A stretch of DNA of 64,000 nt, from the NCBI GenBank assembly GCA_963737265.1, contig CAVTRY010000007.1:128001-192000 (forward strand), read 5' to 3'. The notes under the pieces were generated by a model that was not told the origin of the DNA, ran no database searches, and worked only from the letters and a program-made list of their open reading frames with translations. The first letter of the stretch is position 1. Each line of letters begins with the position of its first letter. This document shows, piece by piece, positions 44,282-53,506 of this stretch. This stretch comes from an uncultured delta proteobacterium. Its GTDB lineage: Bacteria > Myxococcota_A > Polyangia > Fen-1088. A program made the translations under genes and the position numbers.

Positions 44282-45205
44282 ATGCGCTCACTTACAACCA
44301 AGGGTGGACTCGGATTGGCCGTCGCATTGTGCTTTGCCGGATGTCAGAAGGAGGGCCTGGCGACCGCTCCGGATTCTGGCGTCTCGCAGGGTGGCGTTGT
44401 CGCCGTGGGCGGCACGATCGGAACGGGCGGGGCAGGCGGACTACAGGGAACTGGTGGTGAGCCTGCAACGGGCGGAAACTCGGGTCAGGGCGGCTTGCCA
44501 GGTGGCGTTGGTGGTGCGTCCGCAACGGGCGGGAACGCCGGTCAGGGTGGTTTGCAAAGCGCCGCTGGTGGCACCACTGGAGCCGGCGGCCGGTCAGCTC
44601 TGGGTGGGGCGATCGGAACGGGAGGCACTGCTGGTGCCGGTGGTGCAGGAACCGGTCGCGATGCGAGCGCAGACGCAGGATGTCCGTCGGGCTGGACGAT
44701 TTGCTGTGGTCAGTGCCTCAGCCCTCTGGCGGGGATCTGCGTCGGGCCCTGCCCAGCAACGGGCGGGTCGGGCGCGGCTGGTGGCGTTCACAGCGCCGGT
44801 GGTACTAGCAGCGGTGCCGGCGGAAGCCTTGGCGGATTGGGGGGCGCACCGGGCGATGGCGGCGGTCAACCAACGGACGGTGGGCTGACCTGCGCGGATC
44901 TACAGGCTCTCTACGCTGAGGCCCTACCAGCGGCACGAAGCTGCGATGTCAATGCGAGCGTACAGTGCCAACAATTGGTCAGTTCATCTTTGTCGGTGTG
45001 CCCCGTCTGCACGACCCACGTGAACGACTCTTCAACCCTAACTACCATCAAGGCAAGGTGGGTGCAGGCCGGCTGCGATACATCTGTCGCGGTCCTTTGT
45101 CCAGAAATTGCCTGCGTCCAGCCAGGATCGAGCGTCTGCGTCACAGTCGACGGTGGTAGCGGTACGTGCAACGAGGTCTACCTCATCTTGCCAACAGAGC
45201 CGTGA
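44282..45205 (+). CDS. Gly-rich, Cys-rich lipoprotein
   Basis: Lipobox FAGC, GG(T/A)GG linkers, Cys-rich modules (CPSGWTICCGQC; CPEIACV). Confidence 0.75.
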   Translation: MRSLTTKGGLGLAVALCFAGCQKEGLATAPDSGVSQGGVVAVGGTIGTGGAGGLQGTGGEPATGGNSGQGGLPGGVGGASATGGNAGQGGLQSAAGGTTGAGGRSALGGAIGTGGTAGAGGAGTGRDASADAGCPSGWTICCGQCLSPLAGICVGPCPATGGSGAAGGVHSAGGTSSGAGGSLGGLGGAPGDGGGQPTDGGLTCADLQALYAEALPAARSCDVNASVQCQQLVSSSLSVCPVCTTHVNDSSTLTTIKARWVQAGCDTSVAVLCPEIACVQPGSSVCVTVDGGSGTCNEVYLILPTEP

Positions 45206-45431
45206 AACTACGACCGCCCATTCGCACCGTCGCGATCCAAATCCCAGCCCTCGCCATCCACGAGGCCGACGCCATCATCGACTTGCTCGGACAGCTCCAG
45301 GGCGCCCTGTGGGACTCCTACGGCGCCGCCATCGTCGATCGCAAACTGAGGCAGCTCCCTTTGTCGCGAACCAAGCCAGCAGTCCCTCCGACCCACCCTC
45401 CGACCCCAGCGACGACAACACGCCCTTCTGA
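45202..45431 (+). pseudogene. Small ORF resembling the accessory ORF of DDE-integrase/ATPase transposons (relic, frameshifted)
   Basis: AIIDLLGQLQGALWDSYGAAI followed by DDNTPF* in the next frame; recognised from memory only. Confidence 0.35.
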
Positions 45432-45681
45432 TTTGCGCCCGGCCAGACACCTGCCGCGACGACGGTCACGCCTCGGGCCGGCGGGCTCTACCATGTAGGG
45501 CTCTCGGCCGGAGAGCAATGGCTTGGTGAAGCAGGCGGGGGCGCGGTTGGCGAACCTGCTGAACGCGGCTTTCAAATGATTCGCGACCGGCGGACGCCGA
45601 GGTGCCCCACACCCACCGCGCCACTTTGCTCCGGCACGGAGGGCGCCACTGCTTTCTTGGCGGCAGCTATACTTGCCGCCC

Positions 45682-46389
45682 ATGTGCGGCCGGATGACCT
45701 TAACAAGCAGCGATTTGGGACAAGTTCTCGGCGAGCTGAAGGAAGCACTCGGAAGCGCGGGCGTGTGGCCCATTTCGGCCGACGACGATGCGGCCTCGCT
45801 GTTTCGGCCGCGCTACAATGTCGCACCGACACAGCTTCACCCGGTCTTACGCCGCCTGCGAGACCACGCGAACCTGGGCTTCGCCAGTTGGGGCGTTCTG
45901 GCGCGTGGACTAGGCAAGCCACCCGCCATCAATGCACGCGCCGAGACCGTATCGGTCAAGCCTGCCTTCAAAGACGCCTTGGCAACCAGACGGTGCGTGA
46001 TCCCGGCGGATGGTTTTTTCGAGTGGAAGTCGGGCCCGGACGGCCGTCAGCCGCTGTGGTTCCACCGACCTGATGGCAAGCTGATTTTGCTGGCCGGGCT
46101 CTTCGAGGAAGGCATGGCGACGGGAAACGAACCAGTGCGCGCGCGCTTCGTCGTTCTGACGACGTCGCCCAATGCCCTCATGGCCCCGGTTCACAATCGG
46201 ATGCCGGCGCTGCTGTCCCCGTCGGAGGCAGCGGACTGGCTGGCGGAACCGACGGTGAAGGTGCTGCACCCAGCGCCTGATGAGCTGCTCGTCGCAACAC
46301 CAGTTTCCACGCGGGTGAATTCGCCTCGGCACGACAATCCGGCTTGCCTGGGTCCACCTCGAGGCGTGCAGATGCGCCTTTTCGAGTAG
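45682..46389 (+). CDS. SOS response-associated peptidase (SRAP/YedK family)
   Basis: N-terminal MCGR, RYNVAP, INARAET, RRCVIPADGFFEW, HNRMP, VSTRVNS. Confidence 0.95.
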   Translation: MCGRMTLTSSDLGQVLGELKEALGSAGVWPISADDDAASLFRPRYNVAPTQLHPVLRRLRDHANLGFASWGVLARGLGKPPAINARAETVSVKPAFKDALATRRCVIPADGFFEWKSGPDGRQPLWFHRPDGKLILLAGLFEEGMATGNEPVRARFVVLTTSPNALMAPVHNRMPALLSPSEAADWLAEPTVKVLHPAPDELLVATPVSTRVNSPRHDNPACLGPPRGVQMRLFE

Positions 46390-46509
46390 TTGGCGAGCTT
46401 GAGGACGTTGACGGCGCCGCGCAAACAGGCGGCTAAATCACGGGCGGCGACCGGCGCGTCCGAAAAGCATCCAATCTTGGAACGCGCAAGTCCTCACAGC
46501 CATCCTCCC

Positions 46510-47313
46510 ATGCCATTCCCAACACGTAAACCTTGTCCGTCATCGACCCACTGGGGCCGCTGGGAAATATGTTCGGCCATCATCGCTGGCCTGGCGTTGC
46601 CGTTCCTCGTTGCTTGCCGCCATGACACCAGCAGTCTGTTTCCGCTTGCGGTCGGATTCCAGCCGCTAGAACCCAGCACAGCGCCGCTACCCGCCCCAGT
46701 CACAGGCGACGCTTATCCGGAAGTGCAGACCTCAGTCACAGGAAACCGAGATGGCCACGACTGGGCACATTCCCAGGCATACGTCCACGCAGCGCTATCC
46801 GATGTCTGGACCGCCATGCAACTCCCGACGGTCTGTCATATTCACGGCACCAACTCGTGGACCGTGCAGGACGTGGGCTCCGAGCCGTTCCCCATGAGCT
46901 TCGTCATTCACTACAGCGCCGGCCCGTCGTTCTATTCGGTCGAATGGGAAGACACCTACCGCGGCGGAGTGCTCGCTGGAACGACCGACGCTCCTGCCGC
47001 CTATGGCATGCGTGGCCAGAAGACTTGGGGCACCACCTTCGTAACACTGCAGTCGATCTCGGTCGGAGCTCGGCCCGTCCAGGGAGAAAGCAGCGTGGCT
47101 GCACTTGAGATGGTTGGCTGGCTCAACGCCACGGACTCGGGTCAATCGGATGCCGCTGGGATGCTGTCGGACTTCTACCAAGGCCTTGTCGCCCAGATTC
47201 ACGGCGGAGCTGATGTTGGTGCGGCTGGGACGGACGGTGGCGCTATCGAGGTGGGCAGCGTGGATACCGGCACAGAGGAATCACCGCCTGGCGACAGCAT
47301 TTCGCAACCATAG
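46510..47313 (+). CDS. Hypothetical lipoprotein
   Basis: Hydrophobic signal ending LVAC; long ORF. Confidence 0.6.
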   Translation: MPFPTRKPCPSSTHWGRWEICSAIIAGLALPFLVACRHDTSSLFPLAVGFQPLEPSTAPLPAPVTGDAYPEVQTSVTGNRDGHDWAHSQAYVHAALSDVWTAMQLPTVCHIHGTNSWTVQDVGSEPFPMSFVIHYSAGPSFYSVEWEDTYRGGVLAGTTDAPAAYGMRGQKTWGTTFVTLQSISVGARPVQGESSVAALEMVGWLNATDSGQSDAAGMLSDFYQGLVAQIHGGADVGAAGTDGGAIEVGSVDTGTEESPPGDSISQP

Positions 47314-47497
47314 ACCAACTCGGCAGCGAGCTGGTCGGAACCTCGCTCATGGGCCGACTTCAGCCCGCGTTCGTCGGGAAGATCTGGATTCGGCATTCCA
47401 TCCGAAGCGATGCCGAGGATTTTCGCGATCACTGCCAGCAGCGACCTACCATTCGACATTCGACTGCCTCCCGTCTGCGAAGTACAATCCCCGTGAA

Positions 47498-47689
47498 ATG
47501 TTCTCTGAACACCTCGCCAAGATTGAAACCACACTCCGGCACAGCACCAGTATTCCGGAGGCCACTCGACAGGAATTGCTCGACCTCGTGGCTGCGTTAA
47601 GGACGGAGGCGACGCCGTTGCTGGCGACGCACGGCGAGTCAGCGCGTGAAATTGCGGACAGCGCGGAAGCTGCGGTACAGGCATTGTAA
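47498..47689 (+). pseudogene. Short helical protein, DUF4404-like fragment
   Basis: LAKIETTL...IPEATRQELLDLVAALRTE; ends early at an AT-rich junction. Confidence 0.4.
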
Positions 47690-47904
47690 AGTTTATTTAT
47701 TTACAGCGCCTAACCAGCCGAGCGGCGCGCACCTGGTTGTCCACAAGGAGCCAACGATCTTCAAGGCCAAGCCAGCTCGCATGGTGATCAAGGGACGCCC
47801 TGTGAAAGCGGCCAAAGATGCTGTCGCGTAGGCACCGACCAGCGGCTTGGCCGAGTACGAAGATGCTATCGCCCCCGAGGTTCGATGGCACCTTCGGGGC
47901 CTCT

Positions 47905-48309
47905 ATGGGCCAGTACAACAGTTCCATCACGCGCGTACGCCCCGTGTTTCAGTCGCTCTTCACCCGAGACCCGACTGCGTCATCCTGGCTCCCCGCGCTT
48001 CTTCGCCTGACAGGACGGGATACCTACGGCGCGCTGCTTGCTGAGAAACCGGGCGTACCGCCGCCGTGGCTGTGGCGGAAGCGGTCCTTCGGCGCGATTG
48101 ACCTTGAGGCTTGCTTTGAGCACAGCCTGCCGCCGCCAGAGCCTTTTCTCCGGTGGCTGATTGAGCATCCGGAGAGAATGCAGGTGCCTACTCCCGAAGA
48201 ACTAATGCGGCTTGGTGAAGATACTCGTCGACCACTGCACGCCCCCATGCGCAAGGGGAAGCACACTTTTGGCGAACGGAGAGAGAAGGATGCAGATTGT
48301 GGCGGTTGA
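47905..48309 (+). CDS. Hypothetical protein, probably truncated
   Basis: MGQYNSSITRVRPVF...EHSLPPPEPFLRWLIEHP, protein-like composition. Confidence 0.45.
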   Translation: MGQYNSSITRVRPVFQSLFTRDPTASSWLPALLRLTGRDTYGALLAEKPGVPPPWLWRKRSFGAIDLEACFEHSLPPPEPFLRWLIEHPERMQVPTPEELMRLGEDTRRPLHAPMRKGKHTFGERREKDADCGG

Positions 48310-49169
48310 TGCCTTGTCTCGTCCCTCTACTGTTCTTGTCAGCAGTCTCGCCAACGCCCGATGGCGGCGTGCCTGACGCCTCGGCAGCCCAGTCTGGGGT
48401 GCAAGGGTTTGACTTGCGTTGGAGTCACGTCACGACACCGAAGCCGGGCCGGTCTCGCTCCATCGGTCAGCCAGGAGCGGGTTGCTTGCAGGGGGCGGTT
48501 TCCTTGCCCTTGCACGGCCCAGGCTGGATGGTCATGCACCCTGAACGGCATCGCGAGTTCGGCCACCCGGCGCTGGTGGCCTATCTACGCGATCTCGCGT
48601 CCAGCACGCGTCGCCACCACCTGGGCCTCCTGTGCGTGGGCGATCTCGGCCAGGCCCGCGGCGGGCCTATGCCAACCGGTCATCGCAGTCACCAGACTGG
48701 GCTCGACCTCGATGTCTGGTATGCAGCACCGGCCAAGCCACGCTTGTCGGGCAAAGCGCCCGTGCCGCCCGAGGTGGTCGACCTGCGCACCGGCAAGCTG
48801 CTGCCCACCTGGAACAGCCGCGTGGCGCGCCTGATCGAGACCGCAGCCTCCGATGCGGCCGTGGACCGCATCTTCGTTCATCCGGCCATCAAGCGCGCAC
48901 TTTGCAAGGACAAAAGTCGGGCTGGTGCGTGGCTGCAGCGGGTGCGGCCCTGGTGGGGGCACCACGACCACCTGCACGTGCGCCTGCGATGTCCTACTGA
49001 TAACCCCGATTGCAAGGAGCCGCAGCCCTTGCCCACCGGTGAAGGCTGTGATGCCTCGCTCGACTGGTGGTTCTCCGACGATGCGCGCGCCACCGCGGCC
49101 AAGCGCAGTCCACCCGGCGAGGGCGCCCCTCCCATGCCAGAGCAGTGTGAGTCAGTCCTTGAGCACTGA
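48297..49169 (+). CDS. mepA: Penicillin-insensitive murein endopeptidase
   Basis: SIG..GCLQGA, GGPMPTGHRSHQTGLDLDVW, RIFVHPAIK, RPWWGHHDHLHVRLRCP. Confidence 0.92.
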   Translation: MWRLMPCLVPLLFLSAVSPTPDGGVPDASAAQSGVQGFDLRWSHVTTPKPGRSRSIGQPGAGCLQGAVSLPLHGPGWMVMHPERHREFGHPALVAYLRDLASSTRRHHLGLLCVGDLGQARGGPMPTGHRSHQTGLDLDVWYAAPAKPRLSGKAPVPPEVVDLRTGKLLPTWNSRVARLIETAASDAAVDRIFVHPAIKRALCKDKSRAGAWLQRVRPWWGHHDHLHVRLRCPTDNPDCKEPQPLPTGEGCDASLDWWFSDDARATAAKRSPPGEGAPPMPEQCESVLEH

Positions 49170-49180
49170 CAGCGCAACAC

Positions 49181-49345
49181 CTACGCGGCAGTTGCGTCGG
49201 TAAACAGCGCCGCCGCATCCTCGGCGCCAAGGTGCTTCAGGTAGTGTCCGAGTGCTCCACGGAAAAACTCCATGCGGTTCTTGATGCCGCGCGCGCGCCA
49301 CGCCTAGTCCAGCTTGTCGACCACTGCGGCCTCCATGTGCAGGGG
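49181..49345 (-). pseudogene. Ribbon-helix-helix (CopG-like) protein with in-frame stop
   Basis: Manual translation [35 protein letters not shown]; TAG at 49304-49306. Confidence 0.5.
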
Positions 49346-49479
49346 CCTCACAGGCGACCTGCCTATCGGCTCACCACTGCAAAACGGTGTCCAGCATCTC
49401 GTACAGGCCCCCGAGGCTCTTCGAACGACCGCAGGAAATTCCGTGCACCCATCGCCCGCAGCGGCCAAGATTGCGGGCC

Positions 49480-50187
49480 GTGGACCGGCTTCGCACCCAT
49501 CGACGAAGGTTTCTTGCAGGCACGGCTGGAGCAGGGGCACTGCTGATCTGCCGGGGAATGGCCAGCGCGAAGCCTGCTACTTCCGAGAAGGATAACGGTG
49601 GCGACATCTCCCCGACCGAAGACCTCATGCGCGAGCACGGCGTCGTTCGTCGCCTTCTACTCGTGTACCAGGAGGCAGTGCCTCTCATCGCGACCGGCGA
49701 CGTGCCCGCTTTGCGCGTGGTCACCGGTGCGGCGGACATCATTCATCGCTTCGTCGAGGGTTATCACGAAAGGCTGGAGGAGGAGTTTGTCTTCCCCAAG
49801 CTGGAGAAGGCTGGAAAGCTGGTCGAGCTGACCAAGGTGCTTCGGGTCCAGCACTCGGTGGGACGAAAGCTCACCGACTCGATTGTCAGGGTGGCGAGAA
49901 TTGGAAAAGCAGCCACGGCCGAGCAGCGTCGGGCCGTGGTTCTCGACATCCAGGCCTTCCGGCGCATGTACGAGCCCCACGCGGCCTGGGAAGACACCGA
50001 GCTGTTCCCAGTCTATCGGGGCGAGTTCACCGAGGCGGAATTCGACAAGCTGGGTGATCGATTCGAAGAGCAGGAGCATAAGCTTCTCGGTAGCGGCGGT
50101 TTCGCGGGAACACTGAAGGAGGTGGGTGACCTCGAGCAGGCGCTAGGTATCCACGATCTTGCAAAGTTCACAGCTGCTTCGAAGTGA
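49480..50187 (+). CDS. Tat-exported hemerythrin (HHE) domain protein
   Basis: RRRFL Tat signal; LMREH, HERLEEEFVFP, QH, HAAWEDTELFP. Confidence 0.88.
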   Translation: MDRLRTHRRRFLAGTAGAGALLICRGMASAKPATSEKDNGGDISPTEDLMREHGVVRRLLLVYQEAVPLIATGDVPALRVVTGAADIIHRFVEGYHERLEEEFVFPKLEKAGKLVELTKVLRVQHSVGRKLTDSIVRVARIGKAATAEQRRAVVLDIQAFRRMYEPHAAWEDTELFPVYRGEFTEAEFDKLGDRFEEQEHKLLGSGGFAGTLKEVGDLEQALGIHDLAKFTAASK

Positions 50188-50373
50188 GAGCTGACAGAAA
50201 TCGCGGCGCTTCGCCGCGCCGTCGGAGCTGATAGCGTTTTCGCTGCATCTAAGCGTCTCGGCATATCGCCTCACACGTTGGAGCGAGCCCTGGCTGGCGT
50301 TGGACTGCGGAAAGGCACTGCCCTTCAGATTCGACTCTCGCTGGAGCTGCAGCAGAACGGCGACGCCCAATGA
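50188..50373 (+). pseudogene. 5'-truncated phage-like HTH gene
   Basis: Open frame without start: AASKRLGISPHTLERALAG...KGTALQIR. Confidence 0.5.
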
Positions 50374-50437
50374 CCCTCTTGGATTCTGAGTCCGCGCTGG
50401 CGCTGCTCCCGGCTTCGATCGAGCGACTGGAGCTCCC

Positions 50438-50740
50438 ATGAGCGTCGAGGATGCGATCAGCGGTGCCGTTGCCGTGGCCGTGGCGCCCATGCTCGAAGAG
50501 CTGCGCGCATTACGAGCCACCGTCGACGCACTCCGAGCCGGGTCCCCATCCCGGCTCGCCACCGTGGCCGAGCTGGTCCGCCTAGGCTACGGGTCACCCG
50601 CGAGCGTGCGACGACGAATCGCAGATGGCACGTACCCTGCGAGAAGGCACGGGAGAAGTATCAGGATCGATCTGGCCGCGCTCAAGCCCCCGACGCCCGA
50701 GTTCGTCGTTGAGCTCGCCGACAAAGCGAGGCGCAGGTGA
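50438..50740 (+). CDS. Excisionase-like HTH protein
   Basis: ATVAEL...SPASVRRRIADGTYPARRHGRSIRID; GTGA overlap with integrase. Confidence 0.75.
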   Translation: MSVEDAISGAVAVAVAPMLEELRALRATVDALRAGSPSRLATVAELVRLGYGSPASVRRRIADGTYPARRHGRSIRIDLAALKPPTPEFVVELADKARRR

Positions 50741-51204
50741 GCGACATCGACCTAGGAAGGGCCGAGGAAGGATTGACTGGAGGCGTCGGACAACTCTTCA
50801 GGCCGACGTGCACATCACGCGGCGGGCGGCCCGACATCGGAAGTCCAGCCCAGTTCATCCGCCCCATCACCGTGCACAAGGCGCTTGCGAAAGCGCTGGT
50901 GGCTTGCGAGCTGCCCAAGATGACCCTGTACCAATGCACGCGTCACACGTTCGCTTCACAGTGGGTCATGAACGGCGGCAACCTGGAAGTGCTCGCCAAG
51001 ATCATGGGCCATTCCTCCACGTCCACGACCCAGCACTATGCTCACCTTGCCCCGGATTTTTTCGGGGCCAAGGCGTTCGATATGGTTGCAGTGGATCTTT
51101 CCAAACCGGCAGCGGTTGTGCTATCTCTTCGCGACGCTCCCGGTACACTTGGGCAGAGAATAGGCAGAACGCATCGAGACACCGCGGAGAAACAACTAGC
51201 ATAA
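50737..51204 (+). pseudogene. Tyrosine integrase, internally deleted (catalytic C-terminus only)
   Basis: TRHTFASQWVMNGGNLEVLAKIMGHSSTSTTQHYAHL (R, H, Y catalytic motifs); only 155 aa. Confidence 0.88.
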
Positions 51205-51226
51205 GTACGCGAAATTAAAAGATAAT

Positions 51227-51299
51227 GGGCGCATAGCTCAATTGGTAGAGCAGCGGACTCTTAATCCGTTTGTTGTAGGTTCGATTCCTACTGTGCCCA
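51227..51299 (+). tRNA. tRNA-Lys (anticodon CTT), CCA not encoded
   Basis: GGGCGCATAGCTCAATTGGTAGAGCAGCGGACTCTTAATCCGTTTGTTGTAGGTTCGATTCCTACTGTGCCCA folds into a cloverleaf. Confidence 0.96.
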
Positions 51300-51300
51300 C

Positions 51301-51892
51301 GATTGAATCAGGAACCCTGGAAGGGTTCCTGTAACCTCCCGCGACGAGCTCCGCCGAGCTAGGCTCGGCTTCGCTCACGCGATTGAGGAATCAGGAACCC
51401 TGGAAGTCCTGTAACCTCCCGCGACGAGCTCCGCCGAGCTAGGCTCGGCTTCGCTCACGCGATTGAGGAATCAGGAACCCTGGAAGTCCTGTAACCTCCC
51501 GCGACGAGCTCCGCCGAGCTAGGCTCGGCTTCGCTCACGCGATTGAGGAATCAGGAACCCTGGAAGTCCTGTAACCTCCCGCGACGAGCTCCGCCGAGCT
51601 AGGCTCGGCTTCGCTCACGCGATTGAGGAATCAGGAACCCTGGAAGTCCTGTAACCTCCCGCGACGAGCTCCGCCGAGCTAGGCTCGGCTTCGCTCACGC
51701 GATTGAGGAATCAGGAACCCTTGGAGGGTTCCTGAGGGTTCCTGTAACCTCCCGCGACGAGCTCCGCCGAGCTAGGCTCGGCTTCGCTCACGCGATTGAG
51801 GAATCAGGAACCCTTGGAGGGTTCCTGAGGGTTCCTGTAACCTCCCGCGACGAGCTCCGCCGAGCTGGGCTCAACTTCGCTCACGCGATTGA
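51301..51892. repeat. Non-coding tandem array of 7 palindromic units (5 x 80 bp, 2 x 93 bp)
   Basis: Units start at 51301, 51381, 51461, 51541, 51621, 51701 and 51794; units 2-5 identical. Confidence 0.97.
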
Positions 51893-51945
51893 AAGGACTT
51901 ACGCCATGGACCGCTATGGTCCGGCAAGTAGCTACTTCGGTCAGC

Positions 51946-52842
51946 TCACTCGACAAAGACCTGAGCAAGGGTCGCGAGTAGATAGGCCACCGAGACGTAG
52001 CCGTTCAGGTTGAAGAAGGCCAGGTTGAGGCGCGACAGGTCGGACGGTCGGACGATGGCGTGCTCGTAGGTGAAAATGGCGACCACCACGGCCACGCCTA
52101 GAAAGTAGATGACGCCGAGGCTGGCCGCTCGCCCCGCGGCCATCAGGGCCACGGCCGTACCAGCGTGCATGACCGCGGAGATAGCGAGAGAGGCCCGGAC
52201 GCCGAAGCGGGCAGGAATGGAATAAATCCCCGACTTGCGATCGAAATCGCGGTCAGCCAGAGCATAAAGAATGTCGAAACCGCCGATCCAGGTGGCCACG
52301 GCAATCACCAGCCAGACTGCCGGCGCGGCCAGCTCGCCGCGCACCGCAATCCATGCGCCCGCGGGCGCGACGCCGATGGCCAGCCCAAGAAAGAGATGGC
52401 ACAGCCAGGTGAATCGCTTGGTGAAGGAGTACCCCAGAACCAGCACCAGGACCAAGGGCGAAAGAACCAGGCAAAGCTTCCCCAGACTGGCCGCGGCAGC
52501 CACGAAGACGACGGCGCTGGTGGCGGTCAGCACGCTGGCAGCCAACAAGGAAACCCTGCCCGTCGGAATTTCGCGACCGGCAGTGCGCGGATTTTTTCCG
52601 TCGAAGGCGCGGTCGGCGATTCGGTTGAAACCCATCGCGGCGGTGCGAGCACCGGCCATGGCCACGAGGATCGCCACCACCTGAACGGCGGTGATGCTAT
52701 GCCCGCGCGCGGCGATGGCGGTGGCGGCAAGCGCGAACGGTAAGGCAAACACCGTATGGCTGAATTTCACCATACGGCCAAAAGTGACAATCGCGCTGAC
52801 AAACGATCGGTCGGTTTCCATTGCAGGCGCGAGTCTACTCAT
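51946..52842 (-). CDS. ubiA: UbiA-family prenyltransferase (MqnP-like)
   Basis: KFSHTVFALPF, ARTAAMGFNRIADRAFDGKNPRT, YSFTKRFT, GFDILYA. Confidence 0.92.
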   Translation of the reverse strand: MSRLAPAMETDRSFVSAIVTFGRMVKFSHTVFALPFALAATAIAARGHSITAVQVVAILVAMAGARTAAMGFNRIADRAFDGKNPRTAGREIPTGRVSLLAASVLTATSAVVFVAAAASLGKLCLVLSPLVLVLVLGYSFTKRFTWLCHLFLGLAIGVAPAGAWIAVRGELAAPAVWLVIAVATWIGGFDILYALADRDFDRKSGIYSIPARFGVRASLAISAVMHAGTAVALMAAGRAASLGVIYFLGVAVVVAIFTYEHAIVRPSDLSRLNLAFFNLNGYVSVAYLLATLAQVFVE

Positions 52843-52912
52843 TTCCGCTCTTGCTTGCACAGCGAGCCAGCCACGAACCCAGGTCGGCCGGTCGCGCGAA
52901 GGGGGGCGCTGG

Positions 52913-53437
52913 CTAGGCCTTGCCGAGGGTCTTGCCGCCCGACTTCCACTCGACCGGGCACAGCTCGCCGGTCTGTGCCGCCTGCAGCAGGCGCAGGGTT
53001 TCGCCCACCGAGCGGCCGATGCGAGGAACGTTGACCGATTCGGTCACCACGTTGCCCTCTGGATCGATGACGAACGTACCGCGGTTGGCGAAGCCGTTGG
53101 CCTCGTCGAGCACGCCGTAGTCGCGCGCGATCTTCTTGGTGAAGTCCGCAATCAAGGGATGGGCAAGCTGGCCCAAGTCGCCCTTGATCCAGGCCTTGTG
53201 CGAGTGCTTCGAGTCCGTCGAACAACCGAGAACGACGGCATTGAGCTCCCTGAATTCCTTATCCCGCTTCGAGAACTCGGTGATCTCGGTGGGGCAGATG
53301 AACGTGAAGTCGAGCGGATAGAAGAAGAGTACGACCCACTTTCCCTTGTAGTCGGACAGTGAGACCTTCTTGAAGTCTCCGCTTCCGACGACAGCTTCCT
53401 CGGTAAACTCCGGTGCTTTCTTTCCTGCGAGTGCCAT
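52913..53437 (-). CDS. ahpC: 2-Cys peroxiredoxin
   Basis: FFYPLDFTFICPTE, RGTFVIDP, resolving LCPVEW. Confidence 0.95.
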   Translation of the reverse strand: MALAGKKAPEFTEEAVVGSGDFKKVSLSDYKGKWVVLFFYPLDFTFICPTEITEFSKRDKEFRELNAVVLGCSTDSKHSHKAWIKGDLGQLAHPLIADFTKKIARDYGVLDEANGFANRGTFVIDPEGNVVTESVNVPRIGRSVGETLRLLQAAQTGELCPVEWKSGGKTLGKA

Positions 53438-53506
53438 AGATTTTTCCTCCACCGGTTAGATGGCTCCGGCGTCGATTGGTCGCATCCATCCCACAGGTTT
53501 TGCGCC

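Larger units (their letters stand above)
41065..51264. mobile_element. Decayed integrative element / genomic island at tRNA-Lys(CTT)
   Basis: 53-bp direct repeats, excisionase-like gene and integrase fragment at the right end, fragmentary cargo. Confidence 0.85.

Noticed and set aside
47707-47745. Integron attC site starting GCCTAAC
   Set aside because: No matching GTTRRRY end, no cassette array and no IntI
51301-51892. CRISPR array
   Set aside because: Units are near-identical over their whole length, with no unique spacers and no cas genes
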